Position numbers and translations under genes: made by a program. Of a stretch of 64,000 bases of DNA, positions 46,874 to 56,824 are shown piece after piece. The DNA comes from an uncultured Gammaproteobacteria bacterium (GTDB taxonomy: Bacteria > Patescibacteriota > Microgenomatia > Levybacterales > GWA1-39-11), in NCBI GenBank assembly GCA_964472415.1, contig CAYYLC010000002.1, positions 164,783 through 228,782 of the forward strand. The letters run 5' to 3'. The stretch's first letter is position 1; the number at the start of each line of letters is the position of its first letter. Below the pieces are notes generated by a model, which had not been told where the DNA came from, searched no databases, and saw only the letters and a list, made by a program, of their open reading frames with translations.

Positions 46874-47179
46874 TTATTTTTTAGATTTTGACTTTTTATC
46901 TATCTTCTCTTTTTCTCCCTCAAGGCGGGACAGGAGTCGAGAGAGCTGAAGGGTAATTACGACAGCAAGTGCAGTAACGATTACAGCATATATTGCAAGA
47001 GAGGCAAGTTCTCCAAAGTCAGGGAGCCATACTTTAATGTAGTTTTGTACAAATGCTTGAATAAGTGAGTTCCACGCAAGTGCTGCAACAAGTCCAAATC
47101 CAGCAGTCGCAAGTGTTAGCATTTGCTTTACGATTTCTACATGGAGCTTTTTCCTTTCTTGAGTCGGTGTCATAAACAT
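46874..47179 (-). CDS. Small hypothetical membrane protein (2 TM helices, Lys-rich C-terminus)
   Basis: 101-aa ORF with no recognised motif. Confidence 0.3.
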   Translation of the reverse strand: MFMTPTQERKKLHVEIVKQMLTLATAGFGLVAALAWNSLIQAFVQNYIKVWLPDFGELASLAIYAVIVTALAVVITLQLSRLLSRLEGEKEKIDKKSKSKK

Positions 47180-47267
47180 ATTTTACATGAGAGCAAGGAA
47201 AAATTCAAAATGAATGATGCTAATTTTGCGATACTTACTATATCCTTTATAATAGCTCAACAAAATC

Positions 47268-48860
47268 ATGAAAGAGAATGATAGAATTATTGGTGAAAAC
47301 TTTCCTTTAAAGGAGTGGAGTGATGAAAGGCCCGAGACAATAATGAGGAATGGGAGAGAGATAAAGCTGTCTCTAATCCCAAAATCAAAAACTACTTGGA
47401 GAGATAGATTGGCGCTTTTTTCTGCAGGTATTGCCCTTTCAACAATTGTAGCAGCAGATTCTCATGTTTCCGACGAGCCGCATGATGTAAATAGTATTAT
47501 TAGCCCTTCTATTATAGCGGATGATTCTGAGAGTGGAGAGGCTATAGGTTCATTCTCTATCGTGCCTATTGCAAATGGTGGCGAGCTGCAGAAAATGGAG
47601 CAATTTCATGAGGAGAGAAGTGAGGATGGGTTAACTGATATTGAGCGACGAGATATGACGCTTGATTCTTACCTTGAACAAAGATCTGCTTTTATAGAAT
47701 ATGCACGATATGAGTTATTCACTGATGGATCCCATGAAGCCTTATCAGAAGTGAAGCAAGAACGATATGAGAGTGTGATATTTGGAATTAATATTCTCCA
47801 AAATTATTTAGGCCGAGCTGATATAGAAATAGACGCAAAGGCTGGAAGTGTGATTATGCCTGGAAGTAGACCGTATAATTTGGGGAGCACTACTGACTTG
47901 GTAATATTAGATCAAATTATTCAATATGAAATAAGGGACTTTAAAGAAAGACCGGCAGAAAGAGGTGAGCGAACTAATGATATCTTATGGTTGGCGAATA
48001 AGAGAGGTCTAGACATTGAGGTAGAGGAAGATGCTCTTGCCTTTTTAAGAAATGATGGAATGCTTAATCTCTCAAGAATTCTTCAAAAGATAGATTTTCT
48101 TGGGTATCCACTCCCGCAGGAAATTGATTATGTTCAGCAATTTGGGCATGGGAATGCTGTCGGTAAATATTTGTCATCTGATGAAAAAATCCTTTTGACG
48201 GGTGATGAAGGTTCTGGGACTTCAGTCCATGAAATAGGTCATCATCAATCTTATGAGAATGAAGATTTTAGTCAGTCAAAATATGATATGACTATAACCG
48301 GAATAGAGGATGAGGTAATGGCACAGGGTATGGTAACTGGCCTTTCAAAGTTTACTGTTGAGTACGGAAAAACTAATAATAAAGAAGATTATGCAACAGT
48401 ATTTGAATGGTATTTTACAAAAGGAAAAGAATTTCGGGACAAAATAAAAACAGAGTTTTTAGCACAGAGCCCAGAATATAAGTTTCTCGTTCGTAAGTAT
48501 GAATTTATGAAGGAGCTTTTTCAAGGAGGAGAGTTTTTGTATGAGGGTAAGGCATTTCATCCAGAGATAGGAGATGTGTTTTCTATAAGTAAGCCAGTGT
48601 CATTGCAAAAGGGGATTATTCTCCGTTCAGCTCCGGATTTTGAGGCAGATCCATTAAGTGGGAAAGATCCTATTGCAGTTATCGTAGATGGAGAGCGAGT
48701 GCGGATCCTGAATGCTTCTGAAGAGATCATAAATCCAGATACAGAGCTTACGACGAAAATGTATTTAATTATGAAGGAGAATGGGCAGACGGGATGGATA
48801 GATGGACTGATTTTGGGAGATTTGCTAGAACAGGCAGGAATAGGACCGCAGTTAAATTGA
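47268..48860 (+). CDS. Membrane-anchored HExxH protein with C-terminal SH3b-like domain (putative secreted zinc metallopeptidase)
   Basis: N-terminal TM helix. HEIGHH motif followed by KEDY...SPEYKFLVRKYEF, as in the 44794 paralog. C-terminal block resembling bacterial SH3. 530 aa. Confidence 0.4.
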   Translation: MKENDRIIGENFPLKEWSDERPETIMRNGREIKLSLIPKSKTTWRDRLALFSAGIALSTIVAADSHVSDEPHDVNSIISPSIIADDSESGEAIGSFSIVPIANGGELQKMEQFHEERSEDGLTDIERRDMTLDSYLEQRSAFIEYARYELFTDGSHEALSEVKQERYESVIFGINILQNYLGRADIEIDAKAGSVIMPGSRPYNLGSTTDLVILDQIIQYEIRDFKERPAERGERTNDILWLANKRGLDIEVEEDALAFLRNDGMLNLSRILQKIDFLGYPLPQEIDYVQQFGHGNAVGKYLSSDEKILLTGDEGSGTSVHEIGHHQSYENEDFSQSKYDMTITGIEDEVMAQGMVTGLSKFTVEYGKTNNKEDYATVFEWYFTKGKEFRDKIKTEFLAQSPEYKFLVRKYEFMKELFQGGEFLYEGKAFHPEIGDVFSISKPVSLQKGIILRSAPDFEADPLSGKDPIAVIVDGERVRILNASEEIINPDTELTTKMYLIMKENGQTGWIDGLILGDLLEQAGIGPQLN

Positions 48861-48902
48861 CAATTCTCTATTAATCCCGCATAATTAACGCAGTATTCCC
48901 GT

Positions 48903-49934
48903 ATGTATCAACCTACGTTTCAAATAACAAATAAAACTCTCCAGAATATCGGTGATATTGAGGCTGCACGTCAAGTAATAGAGAATGCGCCACTCCTTCC
49001 GTATTGGGAAAAGAAATTTCAAGAAGAAGCAGTGATTCGTACGACACACTATGGTACACATATTGAGGGCAATGAGCTATCTCTTAAACAAGTCCAAAAA
49101 GTGTTAGAGGGACAACGGATTGTAGCCCGAGAACGAGATGTGCAGGAGGTTATCAATTATCGCAATGTCATAAATTACATGGATGACAAGAAAAATGCTT
49201 CAATCGATGAAGATACTATTTTTGAACTCCATGCCATCGTCGTTCAGAATATACTTGCGCCGGAAGATAGTGGAAAGTATCGCGAAAAAAATGTAGTCAT
49301 TAGAAATAGTATTAGTGGGGATGTGTCTTTTCGGCCTCCCCATTCTATTGAGGTCGAGTGGCAGATGAGAGATTTGATGTATTTTATTCAGCAGGAGAAG
49401 GAGATTCATCCAGTATTAAAGACTGGGATTGTGCATTATGAATTTGTTCGTATTCACCCATTTCTTGATGGAAATGGAAGAGTGGGTCGTGCACTCTCTA
49501 TGATGGTTTTATTTAAAGATGGTTATGATGTGCGGCGTTTTTTTTCGCTCGAAGAACATTTCGATAGAGATCCTGATGCGTATTATGCAGCACTGCAGAG
49601 TGTCGAGAAAAATAATGGGGACGTGACTGAATGGCTTGAATATTTCACCCATTGTCTGGCAATCGAGCTTACGAAAATTCGAGAAAAAATCGAACACATT
49701 TCAATTGATACAACACTCAAGAAAAAACTTGGTGGTCCTGTGATGTTGAGTGATCGGCAGATAAAAATAATTGAATATATGCAAGAGATTGGATATATAG
49801 AGAATAAAGTGTTTGCAAATTTATTTCCTGAAGTTTCCGAAGATACTGTACTCCGTGAAGTGCAGGATCTTGTGAAAAAGGGTATAATCGTGAAGAAAGG
49901 GCGCACGAAAGGCGTAAAGTATTTAATGGCATAA
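48903..49934 (+). CDS. Fic family protein (AMPylase-type) with N-terminal inhibitory-helix-like IEGN motif and C-terminal wHTH
   Basis: Canonical Fic motif HPFLDGNGRVGR. N-terminal THYGTHIEGN. 343 aa. Confidence 0.85.
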   Translation: MYQPTFQITNKTLQNIGDIEAARQVIENAPLLPYWEKKFQEEAVIRTTHYGTHIEGNELSLKQVQKVLEGQRIVARERDVQEVINYRNVINYMDDKKNASIDEDTIFELHAIVVQNILAPEDSGKYREKNVVIRNSISGDVSFRPPHSIEVEWQMRDLMYFIQQEKEIHPVLKTGIVHYEFVRIHPFLDGNGRVGRALSMMVLFKDGYDVRRFFSLEEHFDRDPDAYYAALQSVEKNNGDVTEWLEYFTHCLAIELTKIREKIEHISIDTTLKKKLGGPVMLSDRQIKIIEYMQEIGYIENKVFANLFPEVSEDTVLREVQDLVKKGIIVKKGRTKGVKYLMA

Positions 49935-49937
49935 GTT

Positions 49938-50477
49938 ATGGAGAATTCAGCAGGGTTTGATGAAAGCAAAGAACGCAATGAGCAGGAGTTTACGAATTTA
50001 GATTTAACACCCCTTGAGCATATTCTTATCGGGAGCTCTACATATGTAAATGGAAAGAGCTTTAATTTTGAAACGTTTGCACAGCAATTTATGGAGGGAA
50101 GTTTACCAGAAGATATTTATAAGCCTTTAAGTATGCAGAAGGATTCAATTGAAGCGATTGAGAAGAAGAGGAATCAAAAAGGAGAGCTTGAGGGAATGTT
50201 TGGGTTTCTCAATTACGAAGACGAAATATTGTCTCAATATGTGCCGTATATGAAAATTGATAATTTAATTGATAGATCAGATGGCATAATTGATGCTGGA
50301 TGGGTTATGGGGCTTAAGGAGAATGGAAAGGAAATAAAAGATGCTGGAGTACTTTCTCATCTCGCGATCAATCCTGAATTTGAGAAATTCTTTCATCTGG
50401 AACCGATTGAGCATACTCATGAGAAGATGTTGACACTTAAGCAAGGTCCAAAATCAGAACCACCTTCTACCGAATGA
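49938..50477 (+). CDS. Hypothetical protein (179 aa) tightly coupled between Fic and DNA ligase
   Basis: No recognisable motif. It starts 4 nt after the Fic stop and overlaps the ligase start by 4 nt. Confidence 0.35.
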   Translation: MENSAGFDESKERNEQEFTNLDLTPLEHILIGSSTYVNGKSFNFETFAQQFMEGSLPEDIYKPLSMQKDSIEAIEKKRNQKGELEGMFGFLNYEDEILSQYVPYMKIDNLIDRSDGIIDAGWVMGLKENGKEIKDAGVLSHLAINPEFEKFFHLEPIEHTHEKMLTLKQGPKSEPPSTE

Positions 50478-52231
50478 AATTTTCCGATATTGCATCTGAC
50501 TTGAAAAAGCTGGAAGAAACTTCTTCTCGGAATGCCATGATTGAAATTCTTGCAGAGGTTTTCCGAAAGGTTCCAGCAGATGATATCGACGCACTTGTAT
50601 ATTTGATGCAGGGAAGAGTAGCGCCCCTTTATGAGGCAGTGGAATTTAATTTTGCGGAAAAATCCATGATAAAAGCAATTGCGCACGCGTTTGGGGAAGA
50701 TGAGGGAGTATTAAAAAAAGAATTTAAAAAAATTGGAGATCTTGGAAAGCTTGCAGAAAGTTTATCAGACAGAAAATCTTCATCAGTTACCATAAAGGAA
50801 GTTTTTACTGAGCTTACGCGTGTTGCAGATACCGGAGGAGTTGGAAGCGTAGACAAGAAGCTCAATATCCTATCAGATCTTTTTTCATCTGTTGATAGTT
50901 TGTCTGCGCGATTTATTGCGCGGATTCCTGTTGGAAAATTGCGTTTGGGATTCTCTGATATGACAGTTATTGATAGTTTTTCCTGGATGCTTGTAGGAGA
51001 CAAGAGTATTAAGAAGGCAATTGAATCGAAATATAATATTAGACCGGATTTAGGATACATTGCAAAAATTTTAAAAAAGGATGGGATCACAGGAATCGAA
51101 AAAATATATCCCACGGTTTTTACTCCAATTCTTATGGCTCGTGCAGAGCGTCTTTCAAGCGGAGAGGAGATCATTGATAAAATTGGAGAATGTGCGATTG
51201 AGCCAAAATTTGACGGATTTAGACTTCAGGCACATTTTGACGGAGAGAGGGTGAAGCTTGTGACCAGAAACTTAGAAGATAGTACGTTTATGTACCCGGA
51301 CATTGTTGATGGAATAAAGGCTCAAATTGATGCAAAGCAAGTGATATTTGAGGGGGAAGCGATTGCATATAATCCTGAAACTGACGAGTATTTGCCATTC
51401 CAGTTAACGACACAACGAAAGAGAAAGTATGGAATAGAAGAGATGGCAAAGAAAATTCCATTGAAGTTGATTAGTTTTGATTTATTATATTTAAACGGAA
51501 AGGTATTACTTGACGAGCCATATGAAAAACGCCGAGAATTACTTTCAAAAATTATAAGAAGTGGAAATACTGTGCTTCTTTCTGAAGAAGTGATTGTGAA
51601 GACTCCCAAAGAGATTGAGCTAAAGTTTGATGAAGCGATTTCTGAAGGACTTGAAGGGATTCTTGCAAAACGGCTCGATGGAAAATATACCGCAGGTGCA
51701 AGAGGATGGAATTGGATTAAGTTTAAGCGATCATATGATGCGCGGCTTGATGACACGGTTGATTGTGTCGTGATGGGTTATTATTATGGAAAAGGAAAGC
51801 GAGCAAGTTTTGGGATTGGGGCGTTTCTCATAGGGATTTATGATGAAGAGCAAGATAAGTTCTCAACTATCGCAAAAATAGGCACTGGGCTTACTGATGA
51901 TGAATGGCGAGAGCTTGCGAAGCGATGTGATGTGTTGAAGGCTCATGAAAAACCGCCTTCGTATGAAGCAGATAAGAATATGGAGCCTGATGTATGGGTA
52001 GAGCCAGAAATAGTTGTTGAGATAAAAGCAGATGAGATAACGCGTTCGCCAATTCATACAGCAGGGCGAGTTATGAAGGTGAGCAAATCCGGGGCTGCAT
52101 TTGATGTAGATGTCCCAGGGTATGCACTGAGATTTCCTCGATTAGAAAGATTTCGAGATGACAAAAAAAATAGCGATGCGACAACGCTCTCTGAAATAGA
52201 GAAGATGTTTGGATTGCAAGGGAAACAGTAG
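50474..52231 (+). CDS. ATP-dependent DNA ligase (Lig1/archaeal-like with N-terminal DNA-binding domain)
   Basis: Adenylation motif I EPKFDGFR. Nucleotidyltransferase and OB-fold motifs. 585 aa. Confidence 0.85.
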   Translation: MKFSDIASDLKKLEETSSRNAMIEILAEVFRKVPADDIDALVYLMQGRVAPLYEAVEFNFAEKSMIKAIAHAFGEDEGVLKKEFKKIGDLGKLAESLSDRKSSSVTIKEVFTELTRVADTGGVGSVDKKLNILSDLFSSVDSLSARFIARIPVGKLRLGFSDMTVIDSFSWMLVGDKSIKKAIESKYNIRPDLGYIAKILKKDGITGIEKIYPTVFTPILMARAERLSSGEEIIDKIGECAIEPKFDGFRLQAHFDGERVKLVTRNLEDSTFMYPDIVDGIKAQIDAKQVIFEGEAIAYNPETDEYLPFQLTTQRKRKYGIEEMAKKIPLKLISFDLLYLNGKVLLDEPYEKRRELLSKIIRSGNTVLLSEEVIVKTPKEIELKFDEAISEGLEGILAKRLDGKYTAGARGWNWIKFKRSYDARLDDTVDCVVMGYYYGKGKRASFGIGAFLIGIYDEEQDKFSTIAKIGTGLTDDEWRELAKRCDVLKAHEKPPSYEADKNMEPDVWVEPEIVVEIKADEITRSPIHTAGRVMKVSKSGAAFDVDVPGYALRFPRLERFRDDKKNSDATTLSEIEKMFGLQGKQ

Positions 52232-52237
52232 TATTTT

Positions 52238-53902
52238 TTACCAACTTCCCCCACCGCCTCCACCTCCTCCTCCACCCGAAAATCCGCCAGAAAACCCTGA
52301 TGATGACGATGAGGGTGGTGTGGAAGATGAGTGAAAGTTTTTCTGGGATTGTGAAAGTGTGGATGCAAAGTGAGCTACATGAAAGGTGGATGAGGTGGTG
52401 CTCATATACCAGTTTGGGGATTGTAGGTCAAACTTTTGGAAGCGGTTTGTCCAATTCTTCTCGACTCCGAATGACACGGCGAATGGCAGGAGTCTTTCAA
52501 AAAATAGTTGCTTATCTCCCTGGAAGTTAAGTTGTCTTTCTTGTGAATTTAGGAAATTTTTCATACCCTGGGCAATTTGCGCGCTCTGTGCGCCAAATAA
52601 TGTTTTTCTCGGCATATTTTTCCCAAATAAAAAAGCGACAAGGGCAAGCATGAAATTAAAAGTAGCAATAGAAATTGCTCCAAGAATATAGTATTTATCT
52701 CGAATACTTTTTGGGTTTTTTGCGAAATATCCCTCTGCTACTAGGCTTTCATAAATCATTTTTTCCACCTTTTGTACTGTTTTATACAATTTTACGTCTG
52801 TTAGCTTTACTGTTTGTTTTTTGTTAAATATTCCATCCAAAAGCGTTTTTTCAAATGGAAGTAATGTGTCTTTTGCTGGAGGATTATTTGTATAGTTGAG
52901 TGAAAATTGTTTTTTTTCATGCTCCTTGATTTTTATATATCCGCGTTGTGCAAGATCAATAAGCGTTGCAAATATATCACGGGTATCAACATGCTCATCG
53001 AGAAGTGAGCCAGTTTCTGCAGGAGAAAGTATACGACGAGTTTTGGTTTTTGGAGGATTATAAAGCGCAGTTACTTCACTTCCGACATTTGGATCACGGC
53101 CATATCGAAAGAAGCGGATGATAAGGAGGATAGGAAGAATGAGATACCAGAATATACTCCCAATAATAATCCCTTCAATCACTACTTTCCCAGTTGATTG
53201 TTCCCAGAATGAAACGTGTTTTTGTGCCGGAAGAAAACTAATTATATCTTTTGGGAATGTAATAACAGTTGTTAAGCCTTCTCGTTCTTTGAGCGGTTGG
53301 GTAGTATAGAAATGAATAGTATTGTCTTGAGAGTATGCATTACATTGAGAATCTGTGCTTTCTTGTGTTCCGGTAAAGCATTTCGTCTCAATGCTTCCAG
53401 GTGAAAGTACATCAGGGAGAATTATGGCAGCACTTGCTGTTGTGATGGGAGTCTCCCAGAAGTTTCCCGTGATATTCCAGTAGAGCTCGTCATAATTATC
53501 AAAATACCCTAGAGCGCCGCTTATTGTGTAGGAAATATTGTAAATGTTGCTTCCTGAAATCGTTTTGTTCGGATCGCCAATTTTTAGAATAATCCGCTCA
53601 TCTTTTGTCTCTCTCTCAAATTTATACGGTTTGCCTTGTTCGTTTGTTACGGTAAAATCTGTAAGTGTAGTATCATAGCGCGTGTTATTATCATCATACT
53701 TTGTGTAAGGGATTATGCGATAAATTCCGTGACTTTTATTTTTTGAAAAATCATACAGAATTTTCTCAGTAATCTGTATGGTTCCGTCAGTATTGAGCAG
53801 TATTTCTTCGTGAAACGAGTGAATGGTTTCTGAATTTTGCGCAAAGAGAGGCCGTGAAAAGAAAAAAAACAAAAAGAGTATAGAGAGTATGCCTTTTACC
53901 AT
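52238..53902 (-). CDS. DUF2207-family membrane protein with C-terminal poly-Gly tail
   Basis: Signal peptide, extracytoplasmic N-terminal domain and TM helices. C-terminal ...SSSSGFSGGFSGGGGGGGGGGSW, typical of DUF2207. 554 aa. Confidence 0.55.
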   Translation of the reverse strand: MVKGILSILFLFFFFSRPLFAQNSETIHSFHEEILLNTDGTIQITEKILYDFSKNKSHGIYRIIPYTKYDDNNTRYDTTLTDFTVTNEQGKPYKFERETKDERIILKIGDPNKTISGSNIYNISYTISGALGYFDNYDELYWNITGNFWETPITTASAAIILPDVLSPGSIETKCFTGTQESTDSQCNAYSQDNTIHFYTTQPLKEREGLTTVITFPKDIISFLPAQKHVSFWEQSTGKVVIEGIIIGSIFWYLILPILLIIRFFRYGRDPNVGSEVTALYNPPKTKTRRILSPAETGSLLDEHVDTRDIFATLIDLAQRGYIKIKEHEKKQFSLNYTNNPPAKDTLLPFEKTLLDGIFNKKQTVKLTDVKLYKTVQKVEKMIYESLVAEGYFAKNPKSIRDKYYILGAISIATFNFMLALVAFLFGKNMPRKTLFGAQSAQIAQGMKNFLNSQERQLNFQGDKQLFFERLLPFAVSFGVEKNWTNRFQKFDLQSPNWYMSTTSSTFHVAHFASTLSQSQKNFHSSSTPPSSSSSGFSGGFSGGGGGGGGGGSW

Positions 53903-54462
53903 AAGAAAAGTCCTAGATATGCAATTCCGATGTTTCTTAGTGTTCGTCCGATAAAAGTGAGGAGTATGAAGCGTTTTAATGGATATTCAGAGATTCCTGC
54001 AAGAATTCCCAATCCATCAAAGAATGGATTCGGGATGCATGCAAAAACGGGAATAAGTATCCCACCGCGCCATTGCACAATAATTTGAGAGAATTTAAAT
54101 AGCTTTTTATGTTTTCTGAGATCGAGTATTTCGGTTGAAGAATAGCCGAAGATATATGCAACTCCTTCACCAAGCGAGGACGAGAGTCCTGCAACTATTG
54201 CTACGAGAAGTGGGTTAAAAGATGCGCCAGCAAGAGCGACGGACACGATTGCAGGTGCTGGGAGAAAGAGGGTTGCACTTCCTAGGAAATTTATGAGAAA
54301 TAGCCCGATCATTCCAAATGCGAGAAATGACTCTATATCAATCCGAAAAAAAAGTGGTAAGAGGAAGAGTGAGGTAGAAACCAAAAAAATTGTAATCAGA
54401 AATATTTTACTGAGAGACGTTTTTGCCGAGAGTAGATTTGATAGTTTATTTTTTTTCAGCAT
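53896..54462 (-). CDS. DedA/VTT (SNARE-associated) family membrane protein
   Basis: 188 aa with multiple TM helices. VTT-like ...SFNPLLVAIVAGLSSSLGEGVAYIFGY. Overlaps DUF2207 by 7 nt. Confidence 0.55.
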   Translation of the reverse strand: MLKKNKLSNLLSAKTSLSKIFLITIFLVSTSLFLLPLFFRIDIESFLAFGMIGLFLINFLGSATLFLPAPAIVSVALAGASFNPLLVAIVAGLSSSLGEGVAYIFGYSSTEILDLRKHKKLFKFSQIIVQWRGGILIPVFACIPNPFFDGLGILAGISEYPLKRFILLTFIGRTLRNIGIAYLGLFLW

Positions 54463-54736
54463 CCTTTTGTTTGTCTTTAAGTTGCTTTAATTTCCACATA
54501 AAAAGTGCGCCTGGCCTATCAACTCGGGCGTCTTTTACATACGAAAGCGCTTTTTCGAGGAGAGCACGATTTGTGGTTTTTGCAAGTTTTATATAGAGTG
54601 CTTTGTGTTTATAGTCGTTGAGTTCATCGGCAAGGTATACACCAAATTTTTGGAATTCCCGCGAGATATATTTGTCTTTTGCAGGATTAAAGTCTTTGAG
54701 GATAGATGAGAGTTGCTTCATGAAGTTATTATACAT
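54446..54736 (-). CDS. Hypothetical small basic protein (96 aa from Met at 54736)
   Basis: The ORF track gives 54446-54802. The likely start is MYNNFMKQLSS. No recognisable motif. Confidence 0.35.
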   Translation of the reverse strand: MYNNFMKQLSSILKDFNPAKDKYISREFQKFGVYLADELNDYKHKALYIKLAKTTNRALLEKALSYVKDARVDRPGALFMWKLKQLKDKQKDAEKK

Positions 54737-54805
54737 GAGAATGCTAATTGGGATTGAAGACGGTGGGGGAGTTATGCTACGATGAGTCCATCTTGTCCTC
54801 ATGCT

Positions 54806-55468
54806 ATGCGTTATCCGGTAAACTTTTCAGTTTCGTTTAAAAAACACAAAACACCCGGTATCCTTATTGCGATTGAGGGGATGGACGGTTCAGGTAAAAC
54901 CACACAGGCTGAGCGAGTTGTAGAAGAGTTAAAGAAGAAAAAGGTAAAAGCAATCTATACCAAAGAGCCGACTGACGAGCCAACTGGAAGACTTATTCGT
55001 GAAATTTTATCCGGAAAACTAACAGTTCCACCGTTATCTCTCCAGTATTTATTTTGTGCAGATCGGGGAGTGCATCAGGGAGAGCTTGAGAAGTATTTAG
55101 AAAAAGGGTATGTAATTGTGACAGACAGATATTTCTGGTCAGCGGTGGCGTATGGGATTTCCGACATGGAAGGAAGGCCCGACTACTATATGGCAGCATT
55201 TTCAATTCTTTCTATGTATAATCAATTTTTGTCTCCAGATTATACGTTCTATTTAGATCTTCCGGTCGAAACAGCGTATAAGCGGATTAGGAAAAGTAGT
55301 AAGCATGGGGAAATTTATGACAAAAAGGAAAAACTTATTACTATTCAGAAAGGATATAATGTGTTAGTTAAAAAATACCCGACAGAATTTACTGTAGTGG
55401 ATGGAAACAGGGGGGTTAACGAAATTTTAGAAGATTTGTTGCAAAAGATTCAGAAAAAGATCAAATGA
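54806..55468 (+). CDS. tmk: Thymidylate kinase
   Basis: P-loop IAIEGMDGSGKTTQ. DRY motif (VTDRYFWS). The ORF track starts at 54782; the Met at 54806 gives a more typical N-terminus. Confidence 0.8.
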   Translation: MRYPVNFSVSFKKHKTPGILIAIEGMDGSGKTTQAERVVEELKKKKVKAIYTKEPTDEPTGRLIREILSGKLTVPPLSLQYLFCADRGVHQGELEKYLEKGYVIVTDRYFWSAVAYGISDMEGRPDYYMAAFSILSMYNQFLSPDYTFYLDLPVETAYKRIRKSSKHGEIYDKKEKLITIQKGYNVLVKKYPTEFTVVDGNRGVNEILEDLLQKIQKKIK

Positions 55469-55899
55469 AAATAGCAATAAAAAGGATTGATAAGACTTTA
55501 GCGTTGCCAGAATACAAAACAAATGGTGCAGTGGGATTTGATTTGTCTGCACGAATTACGACAGAGATTCCATCGGGTGAAATGAGACTGATTCCACTGA
55601 ATATCGTAGTAAAAGTTCCAAAAGGGTATGGATTCTTCCTGTTTTCGCGGAGCAGTACGCCTTTGAAGAAAGGACTAATTGTGGCAAATTCTGTTGGGGT
55701 AGTTGATCAGGATTATTCTGGTGAAGATGATGAGATTAAGCTTTGTGTTCTCAATATTACAAAAGAAACAGTAGGAGTTGAAAAAGGAGAGCGAATCGCA
55801 CAAGGAGTTATCATGAAAGTAGAGCGACCGGATTTCGTGGAGGTAGATAAAATGAGCGATAAATCCCGTGGAGGGTTTGGTTCAACTGGACAAAAATGA
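55465..55899 (+). CDS. dut: dUTP diphosphatase
   Basis: dUTPase motifs (GAVGFDL..., [21 protein letters not shown]). 144 aa. Overlaps tmk and thyA by 4 nt each. Confidence 0.8.
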   Translation: MKIAIKRIDKTLALPEYKTNGAVGFDLSARITTEIPSGEMRLIPLNIVVKVPKGYGFFLFSRSSTPLKKGLIVANSVGVVDQDYSGEDDEIKLCVLNITKETVGVEKGERIAQGVIMKVERPDFVEVDKMSDKSRGGFGSTGQK

Positions 55900-56816
55900 G
55901 CACGATAGTTACTTCTGAAAAACAATATCTAGATTTACTCAGCGATGTATTAAGCAACGGAGTAAAGAAAGAGGATAGGACTGGGACCGGGACTATAAGC
56001 ACGTTTGGAAGGCAAATCAGATTTGATCTAGAAAAAGGATTTCCGCTTCTCACTACGAAAAAAATGTTTATGCGCGGAATTATCCATGAGTTGTTATGGT
56101 TTCTTATGGGTGCATCAAATATTAAATATCTCGTTGATCATGAGGTGAATATCTGGAATGATTGGCCATATAGATATTACAAAGAGCACATGGAAAAATC
56201 TCAGAAAGAATTTTTATCTATGAAAGAGTTTATTGCAAGGATTAAGTCAGATGATGTGTTCGCAAAACAATGGGGAGAATTAGGGCCAGTATATGGCGTG
56301 CAGTGGAGGAGATGGAAAACTGTTGATGGGAAAGAGATCGATCAGATACAAAATGTTGTTGATCAGATTAAAAAAAATCCGTATTCGAGAAGGCTAATCG
56401 TAACTGCGTGGAACCCAGCAGAAATTGAGGAGATGGCGAAATCAGGCCTTCCGCCATGCCATTCGCTATTCCAGTTTTATGTTGTGAATGGAAAGTTATC
56501 CTGCCAATTATATCAAAGGAGCGCTGATACATTTTTAGGGGTGCCATTTAATATCGCTTCATATTCACTCCTCACGATGATGATTGCGCAGGTGTGTGGA
56601 TTAAAACCGGGAGAATTTGTCCATACATTTGGTGATGTGCATATCTATTTGAATCACATTGATCAGGTGAAAGAGCAATTGAGTAGAGACATGAAGTTAT
56701 TACCAACACTAAAAATAAATCAAAAAGTAAAAGATATTTTCAGTTTTAAATTTGAAGATTTTGCGCTTGAAAACTACGATTCCCATCCAGCAATAAAAGC
56801 ACCGATTGCTGTATAA
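55896..56816 (+). CDS. thyA: Thymidylate synthase (ThyA, folate-dependent)
   Basis: DRTGTGT ... catalytic LPPCH ... QLYQRSAD motifs. 306 aa. Confidence 0.9.
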   Translation: MSTIVTSEKQYLDLLSDVLSNGVKKEDRTGTGTISTFGRQIRFDLEKGFPLLTTKKMFMRGIIHELLWFLMGASNIKYLVDHEVNIWNDWPYRYYKEHMEKSQKEFLSMKEFIARIKSDDVFAKQWGELGPVYGVQWRRWKTVDGKEIDQIQNVVDQIKKNPYSRRLIVTAWNPAEIEEMAKSGLPPCHSLFQFYVVNGKLSCQLYQRSADTFLGVPFNIASYSLLTMMIAQVCGLKPGEFVHTFGDVHIYLNHIDQVKEQLSRDMKLLPTLKINQKVKDIFSFKFEDFALENYDSHPAIKAPIAV

Positions 56817-56824
56817 CAGAGCAT

